Below the pieces are notes generated by a model. It was not told the DNA's origin. It saw only the letters and a list, made by a program, of their open reading frames with translations, and did no database searches. Of a DNA stretch of 64,000 nucleotides, positions 36,273 to 46,945 are shown piece by piece. Numbering within the stretch: position 1 is the stretch's first letter; every line of letters begins with the position of its first letter. Both the position numbers and the translations under genes were made by a program. This DNA is from a virus: the IMG/VR virus record IMGVR_UViG_3300043403_000051, positions 1 through 64,000 of that record. The stretch is one strand, 5' to 3'.

Positions 36273-38173
36273 TGTCAACTACAAACTGTGGATGTCCTGA
36301 AACTCCATGTACTGCTACTATTGACCCTTGCACAAACAAAGGTTGTCCAATTCCGCCAACTGATGCGGAATGTATATATTTTAATTTATTTTCAGATAGT
36401 GGATTACCATGTATAGGTGTTACAGGTGGGACAAATTTAAAAACTATTTTAGAGAAAATAGATGTAAAATTATGTAGTATAAATCCATATGATTTTAGTG
36501 CTTATGATTTAAAATGTTTAGATGATACTACTACAATATTAACATTTAAAAATTTTGCAGAAGCTGTTGCAACACAATTGTGTCAGGCTAAAACAAATAT
36601 TGCAACTTTAACAAATACATTATCCGCTCTATCAACAACAGTTGACGTAAATAATGTTCCTGTTATTGCAGATAATTGTTCTATAGGGATATTACCAAAT
36701 GACACAGTAAAACAAGTTCTACAAAAACTTGTAAATAAAATTTGTACGTTAACTCCAACAGATGTCAGTCCATCAATAGGTGTATCAAGTACGAATAGTA
36801 TTTCATTTTTAGCGTCAGGTACAAAAAATCATAATATATCAGCAAATGTTAGAGTATCTCCAAATATTGGTAATACTTTACAAACATTAGTAAATGGATT
36901 ATATGTTGCCACACCTGCGTCAGTAGCTGCACAAACATTAAGTTATAATACACTATCAAGAGAATTAGCTATATCGGGTGGTAATTCGATAACACTTCCA
37001 CCAGACTTAGATAATCAAACACTTTCGTTAAATTTATTAACAAATATATTAACTATAAGCGGTGGTAACTCTGTTGATTTTACTCCATTATTTTCTGCAA
37101 TTTCTATAACAGAAACTGATATAACAGCAAACGATAGTCAAACAATTAATTTTACTACATCGGGAACAGCAGACCATACCTTAACAGGAAGTGTAATTGT
37201 TGACAATACTCAACCCAACGCTCTTATTGCAAATAGTAATGGTTTATATGTAGCCCCCGTTTCAGTTCCACTGCAAACAGGACAAAATGGTATTACAACA
37301 AATCTTGGATTAATTGAACTTGGCGGAAGCCTTATAAAAGATACGGTATTATCAGAAGTTACAGGAACTCATGAATTTGCGCTTGAGGCAAAAAATATTT
37401 GGTTTGGTAATGATTATCTTACATATCTAAATAATTTTGATATTACTCAATTTGGGGTTGTGTCAACAAAAAATGTTACAGATTTTTTAACATATAGTAA
37501 TATGTTAAGCTCATTTGACTTAACTATAGACGGTGGATTTTCAACAGGTAAGGTATTTACAGCAAGTAATAATGGATTAGTTTTAAATTTAGATAGTTCA
37601 TCAACTGTTCCCAACTCTACAGTTGTTGGTGCAAATGTCAGTACAGTTAATCTTAAAACAAATAACGAAAATTTAACATTTTCTCAAGCTACAGATTTAG
37701 TTGGTACATCAGTAAGAGCTTTATATACATCAAGATTATCTTTTCAAATTTTAGAGGAAACAACAACATCTTCTACAATCAGTCATGCAGCAACCCTTGC
37801 TATTGGCTCTCCTTATTATGTACCTGGTGGTGTAGATTTTGCTACAATAACAAATTACTATGGAATTTTATTAAATAGGTCTAATTCTTTTAATTTAAGT
37901 CTTATTACTAATAGATGGGGTATTTATCAAGAAGGAGAAAGTGATAATAACTATTTTGCAGGATTTACAAGTTTTGGAAATACAACTACGCCAACCTCTC
38001 AAATAGATATTGCTACAACAAATGGTTATCAAGCCCTTCGTTTAAGAAATGATTATACTCCAAGCGCAACAGGTGATACTAACGGAGAAATTGGTAATAT
38101 TACATGGGATGATAGCTTTATTTATATAAAGACATCCGTTGGTTGGAAAAAAGCAACATTAGCAGCAATATAA
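36272..38173 (+). CDS. tail fibre protein
   Basis: Cys-rich N-terminus, QTLS...ISGGNS repeats, C-terminal G.I.WD...IYI....WK. Confidence 0.7.
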   Translation: MSTTNCGCPETPCTATIDPCTNKGCPIPPTDAECIYFNLFSDSGLPCIGVTGGTNLKTILEKIDVKLCSINPYDFSAYDLKCLDDTTTILTFKNFAEAVATQLCQAKTNIATLTNTLSALSTTVDVNNVPVIADNCSIGILPNDTVKQVLQKLVNKICTLTPTDVSPSIGVSSTNSISFLASGTKNHNISANVRVSPNIGNTLQTLVNGLYVATPASVAAQTLSYNTLSRELAISGGNSITLPPDLDNQTLSLNLLTNILTISGGNSVDFTPLFSAISITETDITANDSQTINFTTSGTADHTLTGSVIVDNTQPNALIANSNGLYVAPVSVPLQTGQNGITTNLGLIELGGSLIKDTVLSEVTGTHEFALEAKNIWFGNDYLTYLNNFDITQFGVVSTKNVTDFLTYSNMLSSFDLTIDGGFSTGKVFTASNNGLVLNLDSSSTVPNSTVVGANVSTVNLKTNNENLTFSQATDLVGTSVRALYTSRLSFQILEETTTSSTISHAATLAIGSPYYVPGGVDFATITNYYGILLNRSNSFNLSLITNRWGIYQEGESDNNYFAGFTSFGNTTTPTSQIDIATTNGYQALRLRNDYTPSATGDTNGEIGNITWDDSFIYIKTSVGWKKATLAAI

Positions 38174-38184
38174 AATAATATATA

Positions 38185-39780
38185 ATGAATAATTGTGGGT
38201 GCAATAACTCAAGTTCTGTGTACAACTTAGATATAAACTGTTCACCATGTACATCAAAAAAATGTTCGTATTTTCTTGACTCAGCATGTGTTTACTTTAA
38301 ATTAGATGAACCATCTATTGCAAGGTTGTCCTGTTTAGATATTGGTGGTAACACATCACTTGAAGACATAATCGTTAAAATAAATACTTTATTGTGTGAT
38401 GGGGTAGATGTTAATATTCTTACAAGAAATGGAATATCACAGACTGATTCATATGTGGAACTTGGGGGTAATCTTACAAAAGATACTACTATAAACACAA
38501 CAATTTATGATTTTATCATATCAGGAGAGTTATTTAAATTACCCATGTACCCATCATCAAGAGATGACTTTGATGAAGATACCGTAAATTTTCTTTTTAC
38601 TCTACCAGATGGTAATATACAATCAGGTAGTTTATCAGAACTACAAGAAACTTTTTTTAGTAGTGTTTTAACATTTAATAATGGGTTAACAAGAACAAGT
38701 AATACTATAACACTTGGGGGAAATTTAATTGAACCTACTGTTATTGATGCTGCTACAGAAGGAGATTTAGTAACAAATACTCTTTGGATTAAGAATAATA
38801 CTGCCATAGGAGGATTTAATAATACAGATGTAGCAGTATTACAAGTTGTACATTCTGCAAATGCAACAAGATTTGATGTAAATCCTTTATATGTAAATAA
38901 AGTTTATATTGATGATAGTCCTACTGTAGATAGTTATGCTATTCTTGGATTTCAGTCAATGGCCACTGATGCTACAAATACATTAGACCTAACAGGAGTT
39001 TATAATGCCAGTATATCAGGTATTATATCACAACCGTCTAATGCTAATATTGATGGTAATATTAATTGCTTTGCAGCAAGATTAGGCGTTAATGCAGCTA
39101 TAGATGGAGAAGGTGGAGATATAGAATCAGTTACATTATATAGAGCAGTATCATCTGTTGATGCATATATACCCGAAAATTATGGGGGAACAATACCTAA
39201 TATATATGGTTTCTATTGTGAAGATTTATCTACTATTGTAAATAATGATGATACAGCAACTATAACTAATAGTTGGGGTATTTATCAAGCTGGAGCAAGT
39301 GATGTAAACTATTTTAATGGTAATACAGGATTTGGTACTACTACTCCTTCTGTACCAGTAGAAATATATGGAGTAGTTAATACTTCTACATTTACTGGTT
39401 TAAGAGTAGTAAATAATGCTCCCTCAAGTGGAAATGCTAAAATTGAAATAGTTGGTGGAAATGCAATGAACAGAACAGTAAGTATTAATGACCAAGGAAT
39501 AACTGCCAATCATGGAGCATTATTTATTGGTTCTACTGATAGAGTGTTAATTGATAATAGATTAGGAGTAGGAGTTTCATCTTTTCAAACAACTGCCGCA
39601 CTGCAAGTAGATAGTACAACTCAAGGATTTTTACCACCAAGAATGACAGCAACACAAGGTAGTGCAATAGCAAGTCCAGCAGAAGGATTATTAATTTACG
39701 TAACGAATACAAATGGTACTTTTACTTCAAAAGGATTTTGGGGATATACAGGTGCAGCTTGGGAAAAATTAAACAATTAA
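38185..39780 (+). CDS. tail fibre protein
   Basis: NG...ELGG.L repeats, STTQGFLPPRMT...EGLLIY. Confidence 0.7.
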   Translation: MNNCGCNNSSSVYNLDINCSPCTSKKCSYFLDSACVYFKLDEPSIARLSCLDIGGNTSLEDIIVKINTLLCDGVDVNILTRNGISQTDSYVELGGNLTKDTTINTTIYDFIISGELFKLPMYPSSRDDFDEDTVNFLFTLPDGNIQSGSLSELQETFFSSVLTFNNGLTRTSNTITLGGNLIEPTVIDAATEGDLVTNTLWIKNNTAIGGFNNTDVAVLQVVHSANATRFDVNPLYVNKVYIDDSPTVDSYAILGFQSMATDATNTLDLTGVYNASISGIISQPSNANIDGNINCFAARLGVNAAIDGEGGDIESVTLYRAVSSVDAYIPENYGGTIPNIYGFYCEDLSTIVNNDDTATITNSWGIYQAGASDVNYFNGNTGFGTTTPSVPVEIYGVVNTSTFTGLRVVNNAPSSGNAKIEIVGGNAMNRTVSINDQGITANHGALFIGSTDRVLIDNRLGVGVSSFQTTAALQVDSTTQGFLPPRMTATQGSAIASPAEGLLIYVTNTNGTFTSKGFWGYTGAAWEKLNN

Positions 39781-39792
39781 AGAAGTAATAGA

Positions 39793-40383
39793 ATGGATTT
39801 TAATGCAGCAAAGGATATAGGAGAAACATTAACAATTTTAGTAATTGCTATTAGTGGTTCAATTAAGTGGTTTCAGGAGCACAAAAAGAAAAAAAATAAA
39901 CCAGATTTAAATGATGATGATTATGATGATATGATAGGTGATATCATGGAAGGAATCAAAGAAAGATTAAATTCTTATCGTTGTAGTTATTGGGCATTTA
40001 GCAATGGTAGTAAAACAGCAGATGGGTATAGTTTGAAGTATTTTAGTATTATGGCTGAACGTAATAGAGAAGATGCAGCAAGTGTATTACGTGAAATGCA
40101 AAACTTACCAGTAGCTGGATTTAAGAGAAATATGAATAGGTTAAAAGTAACTAAACGTTTCATATTTACAGATGAAACAAAAGAAAATGACGAATTATCA
40201 AAGTTTCATTTAGCATATAATGTAAAATCTGCTTTGTTTTATAAAATAAATACTCAAGGAAAATGGAATGGTATTTTAGGTATTACATTTGATGAAGTTA
40301 TCACTCTATCTGAAATAGATGAAGCGTGGCTTGAAAAACAAGTAGAGAGAATAGAGTATCAAGTTTCTAAAATGAATAAATGA
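39793..40383 (+). CDS. membrane-anchored GAF-like protein, holin candidate
   Basis: N-terminal TM segment, FSNG, GILGITF. Confidence 0.5.
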   Translation: MDFNAAKDIGETLTILVIAISGSIKWFQEHKKKKNKPDLNDDDYDDMIGDIMEGIKERLNSYRCSYWAFSNGSKTADGYSLKYFSIMAERNREDAASVLREMQNLPVAGFKRNMNRLKVTKRFIFTDETKENDELSKFHLAYNVKSALFYKINTQGKWNGILGITFDEVITLSEIDEAWLEKQVERIEYQVSKMNK

Positions 40384-40673
40384 AAAAGTTTTTATTAAAC
40401 CTTTTAAAACCTAATTCAGGTACAAGTAGTAGAAGATTAATAGCATTAAGTTATTTAATTCCTTCTATTATTGGTGTTATGATAGGGTACTTTTCTAAGG
40501 ATTTTAGATATTTTTTAACATCTACAATATATACCTTTTTAGTATTATTTATGGCTTATTTTTCATTAAGTTGGGAAACTATTGTAAAATTAACAACTAA
40601 TATTAAAGATTTCTTTAAAAAAGAAGAATCTATTGTTGAGTCTACAACTAATCCTTTAGAACCTCCAATATGA
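40380..40673 (+). CDS. two-TM protein, holin candidate
   Basis: SSRR followed by two TM segments. Confidence 0.5.
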   Translation: MKKFLLNLLKPNSGTSSRRLIALSYLIPSIIGVMIGYFSKDFRYFLTSTIYTFLVLFMAYFSLSWETIVKLTTNIKDFFKKEESIVESTTNPLEPPI

Positions 40674-41767
40674 GAATAAAAACAATTTCAAGCATTTTTA
40701 ATAAGTGCTTAATACAATATCCTGATGCAATTTTAGTAAATGAATCAGCAGTAGTTAATATAGATATTGATTTATCATTAGATATTTATGAATTTAATTT
40801 AAGAATAATTAAAGGAATGTGTAATATCAAAGGTGGTTCAGAACAGTCTTGCTTATGGGGATATTATGAATACTTAGAAAGATTTTATGGTTATATTTGG
40901 AAATCTCCTACTATAACAGTAAAGAATAAAACTATAGTTACTCCTCTTAGAGATTTAAATGTTACATATGAGTTACCATATGTAATGTGTGAATGGAAGA
41001 AAGTATTAAATAAAGATGTTAGAGAATGGTTAAACATACATAGATGTATTTCAAGAAGAAATAGGGATACATTTATAGAAGTTTCCCTTCAAAAAGATTG
41101 GGCATTAGACCCAAATAACATTAATCTAATAGCAAGAGATACTAATGGAAGCCTTCAAAAAGTAAATGAAGATGGAGATTTTGTTAAGTTTCAATATGAT
41201 AATCCAATATTTATTAATAAAGTAATAGAGCAATTAAGTAATATTGATTTAGATATATTAAACTTATTTCCTCCTGATGGTACTAATTTTGATAGCTTTT
41301 CAATCCCTGCTAAAAATACACTTTATGTTAAAAGAGGATGGTATTCTTTAACAGAATATTTTTTACAATACTATACCAAAATAGCAAATGCTATACCAAA
41401 TAAAAGATTTGATATTTTAGCATATTCATCATATAAACAATTTCCTGATAAAACAAATTTTGATGGAAGCAGGTTTAATTGTTTTTTTGTTCCAACAAAT
41501 GATTATATTAATTATATAAGGTGGATGGAATCAGGATGTGATATGTATTATAGACCTAATTATTGGAACAAGCAAATAGATACAAAAGAAGATTTTATTG
41601 CTGAAGCAGATGGTTTTAGAAAAATGAAATCAATAGGGTTTAAAGGATATGTAATGGATGGATTTGAAAATGATTTTAACAAATATGGGTTAAGATATTA
41701 TTTACATGCTCGTCAAACATATAAGAACAAAAGCATAGAAGATTTAATAAAAGAATATGAGTCCTAG
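40670..41767 (+). CDS. DUF4838-like putative glycan-active protein
   Basis: PPDG, LAYSSY..P, YYLHAR pattern; tentative. Confidence 0.4.
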   Translation: MRIKTISSIFNKCLIQYPDAILVNESAVVNIDIDLSLDIYEFNLRIIKGMCNIKGGSEQSCLWGYYEYLERFYGYIWKSPTITVKNKTIVTPLRDLNVTYELPYVMCEWKKVLNKDVREWLNIHRCISRRNRDTFIEVSLQKDWALDPNNINLIARDTNGSLQKVNEDGDFVKFQYDNPIFINKVIEQLSNIDLDILNLFPPDGTNFDSFSIPAKNTLYVKRGWYSLTEYFLQYYTKIANAIPNKRFDILAYSSYKQFPDKTNFDGSRFNCFFVPTNDYINYIRWMESGCDMYYRPNYWNKQIDTKEDFIAEADGFRKMKSIGFKGYVMDGFENDFNKYGLRYYLHARQTYKNKSIEDLIKEYES

Positions 41768-44162
41768 AGAATTTGATATAGCAATTATGAACTTAAAGCG
41801 TAGGTTAAAATGCCTAAGCTGCGAAGACGTTGAGATAAATGCTCAAATTCAAGATATTCTTGATAGGTTAACTATTTTAGAAGAAGGTGGAGGTGGAGAT
41901 TTAACAGAAATCTTACAAAGACTTGATGATTTAGAAGCTGCTGTATCAATTATAGAAGGAGACATTACAACAATAAACTCTACCTTATTAACCAAGGCAG
42001 ATTTAGTATTAGGTGTAGTTCCTTTAGCTCAACTTCCAGTTCAAACATTTACTACATATGTAAATACATATGCTGATTTACCTGCTGCTAATACAGTAAC
42101 AGGTCAGAAATATGGAGTAATAAATTCACAAGGTACAAATTGGTTGCCGGGAACATTAGGTGGAACATATTATAGTAAAGGATATTATTATAGTGATGGT
42201 GCAGTTTGGATATTTATGGGTTCTTTCCCTTTCCAAGCAACACAAAGCGATGTAAATGCTGGAATAATAACAGACCAATTTGTTAGTCCTGCTACATTTG
42301 AAGGTGCAAGTAAATGGAGTACACATAATCAAGCATGGAGTACAATAATAAGTACACCAACTACATTAAGCGGTTATGGTATTACAGATGCTATTGATGG
42401 TAGTGGTACAACAAATCAATTATCTTATTGGGTTGATTCAAATACACTTGGTTCTCTTACTACTGCTACATATCCATCATTAACTGAACTATCCTATATT
42501 AAAGGACTTACATCTGCTATTCAAACTCAATTAAATAATAAATGGGGTAATACAGGAAATGCAGGAACAATAGCAGGTGCAAACTTTATTGGTACAATAG
42601 ATGATATAGATTTTGTAATAAAAAGAAATAATCAAAGTGCTGCTAGGTTTTATGAAAATTCACTTAGTTTAATTGCAGCAGGTACAGCACCTTATGGTTC
42701 ATTTTTTTTAGGTTCTAACTCAGGTAGTGCTGCAACAAATGCTTTATATTCAAACTTTTTAGGTTCTAACTCAGGTAATGCTGCAACAAATGCTTCTAAT
42801 TCAAATCTTTTTGGTTTTAATAGCGGTTATCAAGCAACAAATGCTTCATATTCAAATTTTATTGGAGCAAATACAGGATTCCAAGCAACAAATGCTTCAT
42901 ATTCAAATCTTTTTGGTTATCAAGTAGGTTATAGTTTTATTTCTAATAACATTGGTTCTAACAACATTATTATTGGTACAAATATTTCTTTACCTAATGC
43001 TACTGCAAATGCTATAAATTTAGGAGGAGTGCTATTTGGTACAGGAACATATGCAACTACAACAGGTAATCCATCTATTATAGGTAGTAGTGGTGGAAAA
43101 ATTGGCATTCTTACACCTACTCCCACTTCTACATTTTCTGTAGGAGCATCATCTCAATTCCAAGTAGATTCTTTAGGGGCTATTGCAGCAGCATTATCTC
43201 TTACTTTAACAGGTAATATTTCATCTACAGCATGGACAACTAATGGTATAAGAATAAGAGGAATATCCTCAACGTTCACTGACACAAGTTCAAGTGGTAC
43301 TGTAGCAACAGCATATACAAATGTATTAGGTGGAAACACAATTGCAGCAAGTAATTCAACAACCTTTACAAATTATATAACAACTTTTTTAAGAGACCCT
43401 GTAGCAGGTTCTTTAGTAACATTTACAAATAAATATGCATTAGGTGCAGAGAGTGCAATATTTGGAACAAGTAATCAAGTAGCTATATCAAATGCAGGTA
43501 TAATTACAGCAAACTCTTTAACAGCATCATTATTAATAGCAACAGATGCAAGTAAGAATTTAGTATCTTTAGCAACAGCTACATATCCTTCTCTAACTGA
43601 ATTAAGTTATGTTAAGGGTGTTACAAGTGCAATTCAAACTCAATTAAATACAAAAGCTGCTACATTAAGTGGAACAAATAATGAAATAGCATATTTCAAT
43701 AGTTCATCTACAATAGCATCTCTTGCAGTTTCTACATATCCAAATTTAACAGAACTTTCATATGTAAAAGGTGTAACTTCAGCAATTCAAACACAAATTA
43801 ACGCATTACCAGCAGCAAGTAGTACAACTACATTTACTAATAAAAGAATAACAAAAAGAACAGGAACTACAACATCTTCTGCTACACCAACTATAAATAC
43901 AGATAATGTTGATATGTATTTAATAACTGCTCAAACAGCAGATATTACTTCTTTCACAACAAATCTTTCAGGAACACCAACTGAAGGCCAAACATTATGG
44001 ATAGTTATAACTGGTACAGCAGCAAGAGCAATTACATGGGGTACTTCATTTGAAGCTTCAACAATAGCTTTACCAACAACGACTGTAAGTACTAATAGAT
44101 TAGATATAGGTTTTGTTTGGAATTCAGTAACATCAAAATGGAGATGTATAGCTTCAGCATAA
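41757..44162 (+). CDS. tail fibre/spike protein
   Basis: Coiled N-terminus, TELSY.KG.TSAIQTQ repeats, 14-aa ATNASYSNF.G repeats. Confidence 0.75.
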   Translation: MSPREFDIAIMNLKRRLKCLSCEDVEINAQIQDILDRLTILEEGGGGDLTEILQRLDDLEAAVSIIEGDITTINSTLLTKADLVLGVVPLAQLPVQTFTTYVNTYADLPAANTVTGQKYGVINSQGTNWLPGTLGGTYYSKGYYYSDGAVWIFMGSFPFQATQSDVNAGIITDQFVSPATFEGASKWSTHNQAWSTIISTPTTLSGYGITDAIDGSGTTNQLSYWVDSNTLGSLTTATYPSLTELSYIKGLTSAIQTQLNNKWGNTGNAGTIAGANFIGTIDDIDFVIKRNNQSAARFYENSLSLIAAGTAPYGSFFLGSNSGSAATNALYSNFLGSNSGNAATNASNSNLFGFNSGYQATNASYSNFIGANTGFQATNASYSNLFGYQVGYSFISNNIGSNNIIIGTNISLPNATANAINLGGVLFGTGTYATTTGNPSIIGSSGGKIGILTPTPTSTFSVGASSQFQVDSLGAIAAALSLTLTGNISSTAWTTNGIRIRGISSTFTDTSSSGTVATAYTNVLGGNTIAASNSTTFTNYITTFLRDPVAGSLVTFTNKYALGAESAIFGTSNQVAISNAGIITANSLTASLLIATDASKNLVSLATATYPSLTELSYVKGVTSAIQTQLNTKAATLSGTNNEIAYFNSSSTIASLAVSTYPNLTELSYVKGVTSAIQTQINALPAASSTTTFTNKRITKRTGTTTSSATPTINTDNVDMYLITAQTADITSFTTNLSGTPTEGQTLWIVITGTAARAITWGTSFEASTIALPTTTVSTNRLDIGFVWNSVTSKWRCIASA

Positions 44163-44169
44163 TAAAATC

Positions 44170-44856
44170 ATGGCAGTAGAAACATTTACATCAAGTACAT
44201 CATGGGTATGCCCCGCAGGAGTAACATCTGTTACTGTTGAATTATGGGGAGGTGGTGGTGGTGGTGCGGGGTCAGGTGCTACCACTAATAGAGGTGGTGG
44301 TGGTGGAGCAGGTGGTGCTTATTCAATAAAAGTGATTTCTGTAACTCCAGGGAATAGTTATACTATTACTATTGGAGCAGGAGGTAGTGCAGGAGGTGCT
44401 AATACAAGTGGGGCAGTAGGAGGAGATAGTTGGTTTTCAGCCGTAGGAACTGCATTTGCTCAAGGTGGAGCGTTTGGTGTGGTTGGTTCAGGAACTCAAT
44501 TGGGTGGAGTAGGTTCATCAGCTTCTTCAATTGGAGACACCGTTTATAAAGGTGGAGATGGTGCAAATGGAACAAGTGCGTTATCAGGTGGTGGCGGTGG
44601 CGGTGCTGGTTCAACAGGTATTGGTAATAGTGCATCTGGTATAACAGCAGGAGCAGCTAAATCATTAAATGGTGGAGGCGGTGGTAATGGTAGAAATACT
44701 CAAGCCGCTGGTATAGCAGGAAATATATATGGTGGAGGCGGTGGAGCAGGATTCAATGTATCAGCTTCAAGAGGTGGAGCAGCAGGAGCACAAGGTTTTT
44801 GCCAATTAACTTATTTTTCAAGTGCAGCTAATAGTAACTTTTTTCAATTTATGTAA
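44170..44856 (+). CDS. glycine-rich tail-associated protein
   Basis: W.CPAGVTSV.VE.WGGGGGG; VTPG.SY.ITIGAGG. Confidence 0.8.
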   Translation: MAVETFTSSTSWVCPAGVTSVTVELWGGGGGGAGSGATTNRGGGGGAGGAYSIKVISVTPGNSYTITIGAGGSAGGANTSGAVGGDSWFSAVGTAFAQGGAFGVVGSGTQLGGVGSSASSIGDTVYKGGDGANGTSALSGGGGGGAGSTGIGNSASGITAGAAKSLNGGGGGNGRNTQAAGIAGNIYGGGGGAGFNVSASRGGAAGAQGFCQLTYFSSAANSNFFQFM

Positions 44857-45032
44857 TGAGAATAGCATTAATTAAAAATAAAATCGTAGAAAATATTATC
44901 ATTTGTGATAGTATAGATTTTGCAAAGGTAATATTACCAGATTATGAATATGTAGATGTAACTAATCTATATGTATCAACTGAATTTATATATGAAAACA
45001 ACAAATTTACAAATCCTAATGAAGAAGTATAA
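44856..45032 (+). CDS. small protein, candidate tail-fibre chaperone (MRIALIKNKIVENIII...)
   Basis: 58-aa ORF not in the track; TAATG-coupled to the Gly-rich gene. Confidence 0.5.
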   Translation: MRIALIKNKIVENIIICDSIDFAKVILPDYEYVDVTNLYVSTEFIYENNKFTNPNEEV

Positions 45033-45690
45033 ATACATAATATATAGTATCTTAGTACTATTTTTACTAAATATAGTAAATAAGTGCAATAAAGAGAAAT
45101 ATACAGAACTTGAAGATAAATATAAACTTACACAAATTGATAAACAAAAACTTGATTCTATTGTAAACAAACAAGGAGAAGTTATAAAAACTCAAGAAGT
45201 TACTATTTTAAGAGATAAGGAATCATTAAAAGAATACACGGATACAATCTTCAATCTTAAAAACAAACAGGAAAGAAAGATTAAGGAAGTAATTGCATAT
45301 TATAATAATAAAACAAGAGTGCAATTAGATAGCTTCTTTGTATATGAAGTGGATAGTATTCCATATCCATATGTTATTACAGAGCAATATATTAGTGATT
45401 CTATGATAAATGTACCTCGTACATATAGAGTAGATTCTCCTTATTTTAAGTTTGATGCTACAGTATTAAAGAAAGGAATGGTAATTAATTCATTAATTCT
45501 TCCTGATACAACATATGGAAGATTTATAGAATTAAAGCATGGAAAAATACAATATCAAATATTCAATAAAAATCCGTATATTAAGATTGAGAACAGTAAT
45601 TCAGCAATATACAAACCTAAAAAGAAAAGGCTAAAGTGGTTAATTCCATTGGGAATTGGAATTGCAACAGGTATAATAATAGCAAAATGA
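45019..45690 (+). CDS. spanin-like protein
   Basis: N-terminal hydrophobic signal with Cys, coiled region, C-terminal TM segment. Confidence 0.45.
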   Translation: MKKYKYIIYSILVLFLLNIVNKCNKEKYTELEDKYKLTQIDKQKLDSIVNKQGEVIKTQEVTILRDKESLKEYTDTIFNLKNKQERKIKEVIAYYNNKTRVQLDSFFVYEVDSIPYPYVITEQYISDSMINVPRTYRVDSPYFKFDATVLKKGMVINSLILPDTTYGRFIELKHGKIQYQIFNKNPYIKIENSNSAIYKPKKKRLKWLIPLGIGIATGIIIAK

Positions 45691-46022
45691 GAGCAGCTAA
45701 TATAACAGTTGACATATACGAATGCTCTGTAGAATTACATATATTTAATACAGAAAATGAAATTAAAGATTTTGCTATATCCTTATGTAAAAAATATAAA
45801 TTGGATTCATCTATTATAGTGGATGCCAGTGGATGGACTATAAAAGGTTTAAATAAATATTTTATACTTTTGCATAATTACCAAATATGTAATACTTTCT
45901 TTCATGAATTATTTCATACAACAAATAGAATATGTAATGATAGAGGTATTCATAATGAAGAAGCAAAATGTTGGCTACATGGATATCTTGGTGAAAAATT
46001 AATAAAATTTATTAACACATGA
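45687..46022 (+). CDS. HExxH zincin-like protein
   Basis: FHELFH...EEA. Confidence 0.6.
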   Translation: MRAANITVDIYECSVELHIFNTENEIKDFAISLCKKYKLDSSIIVDASGWTIKGLNKYFILLHNYQICNTFFHELFHTTNRICNDRGIHNEEAKCWLHGYLGEKLIKFINT

Positions 46023-46945
46023 ATTTAACATATATCAATCAAGTATTAAATAAAATACTTTGTGACATAAAAGATTTACAAGTAATCAAAAAACTTCGTA
46101 TCTTATCGGAAGGGATTATTATTGAAGAGGATACTAAATCTATTAATTTTACAGGTAATGTAGAGGTATCTACTGATATAAGTGGGAACACTACTGTGAA
46201 TATTCCACCTAATGATTTTGATGCAAATAGAGTTATCACAAGAGATGTAATAGGACTCTTAGGAGAAAATCTTGGTACACAAGGAGTTATTGATACATTA
46301 GAACAATTATTATATCCTTACTTGGCCCCAAGTATAGTTTTATCAGCACCTTCTAATAGCGTATTCGAAAAAACAACAGGGTCAACAAATATTACAATAA
46401 CAGGAACATCAACAAAAAATAGTTTAAATATTACTGAATTTTTATTCTTGTTAAATGATATAGAAATTAGTGATGTTGCTCCTGTTGATATAGGTGGAGA
46501 AACTGCTTCATATATTCATTCTACACCTAATACAGATAATACTTCAACAACACCAATATTACAAACCTTTAGTACAAGTGTATCAGATGGGACTACTACA
46601 ATAGAATCAAACACAAGAATAAGAACATTAGTATATCCTTATTATCGTGGAGTAGGAACAGCAGCATTAAATGAAGCTGGTATAAAAGGATTAACAAAAC
46701 TTGTTCAGACAAGTGGAGATAAAACTGCTACTTTCTCACCTTCAAATCAAAAGATATACTTTGCATATCCATCTACATATGGAGCATTAACGCAAATAGA
46801 TGATGGAGCATTCAATGTTACATCAGCATTCAGTTTAACTACTCCTACATTTACAATGTTAGATGGACAAAGTGTACAATATAATGTATATGAATCAAAC
46901 AATCTACTTACTGTAAGTGGATATATATTAAACTTTATTTTATAA
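46019..46945 (+). CDS. virion protein with Ig-like domain
   Basis: LLYPY.APS, VYPYY.G, YFAYP..YG.L. Confidence 0.6.
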   Translation: MNLTYINQVLNKILCDIKDLQVIKKLRILSEGIIIEEDTKSINFTGNVEVSTDISGNTTVNIPPNDFDANRVITRDVIGLLGENLGTQGVIDTLEQLLYPYLAPSIVLSAPSNSVFEKTTGSTNITITGTSTKNSLNITEFLFLLNDIEISDVAPVDIGGETASYIHSTPNTDNTSTTPILQTFSTSVSDGTTTIESNTRIRTLVYPYYRGVGTAALNEAGIKGLTKLVQTSGDKTATFSPSNQKIYFAYPSTYGALTQIDDGAFNVTSAFSLTTPTFTMLDGQSVQYNVYESNNLLTVSGYILNFIL

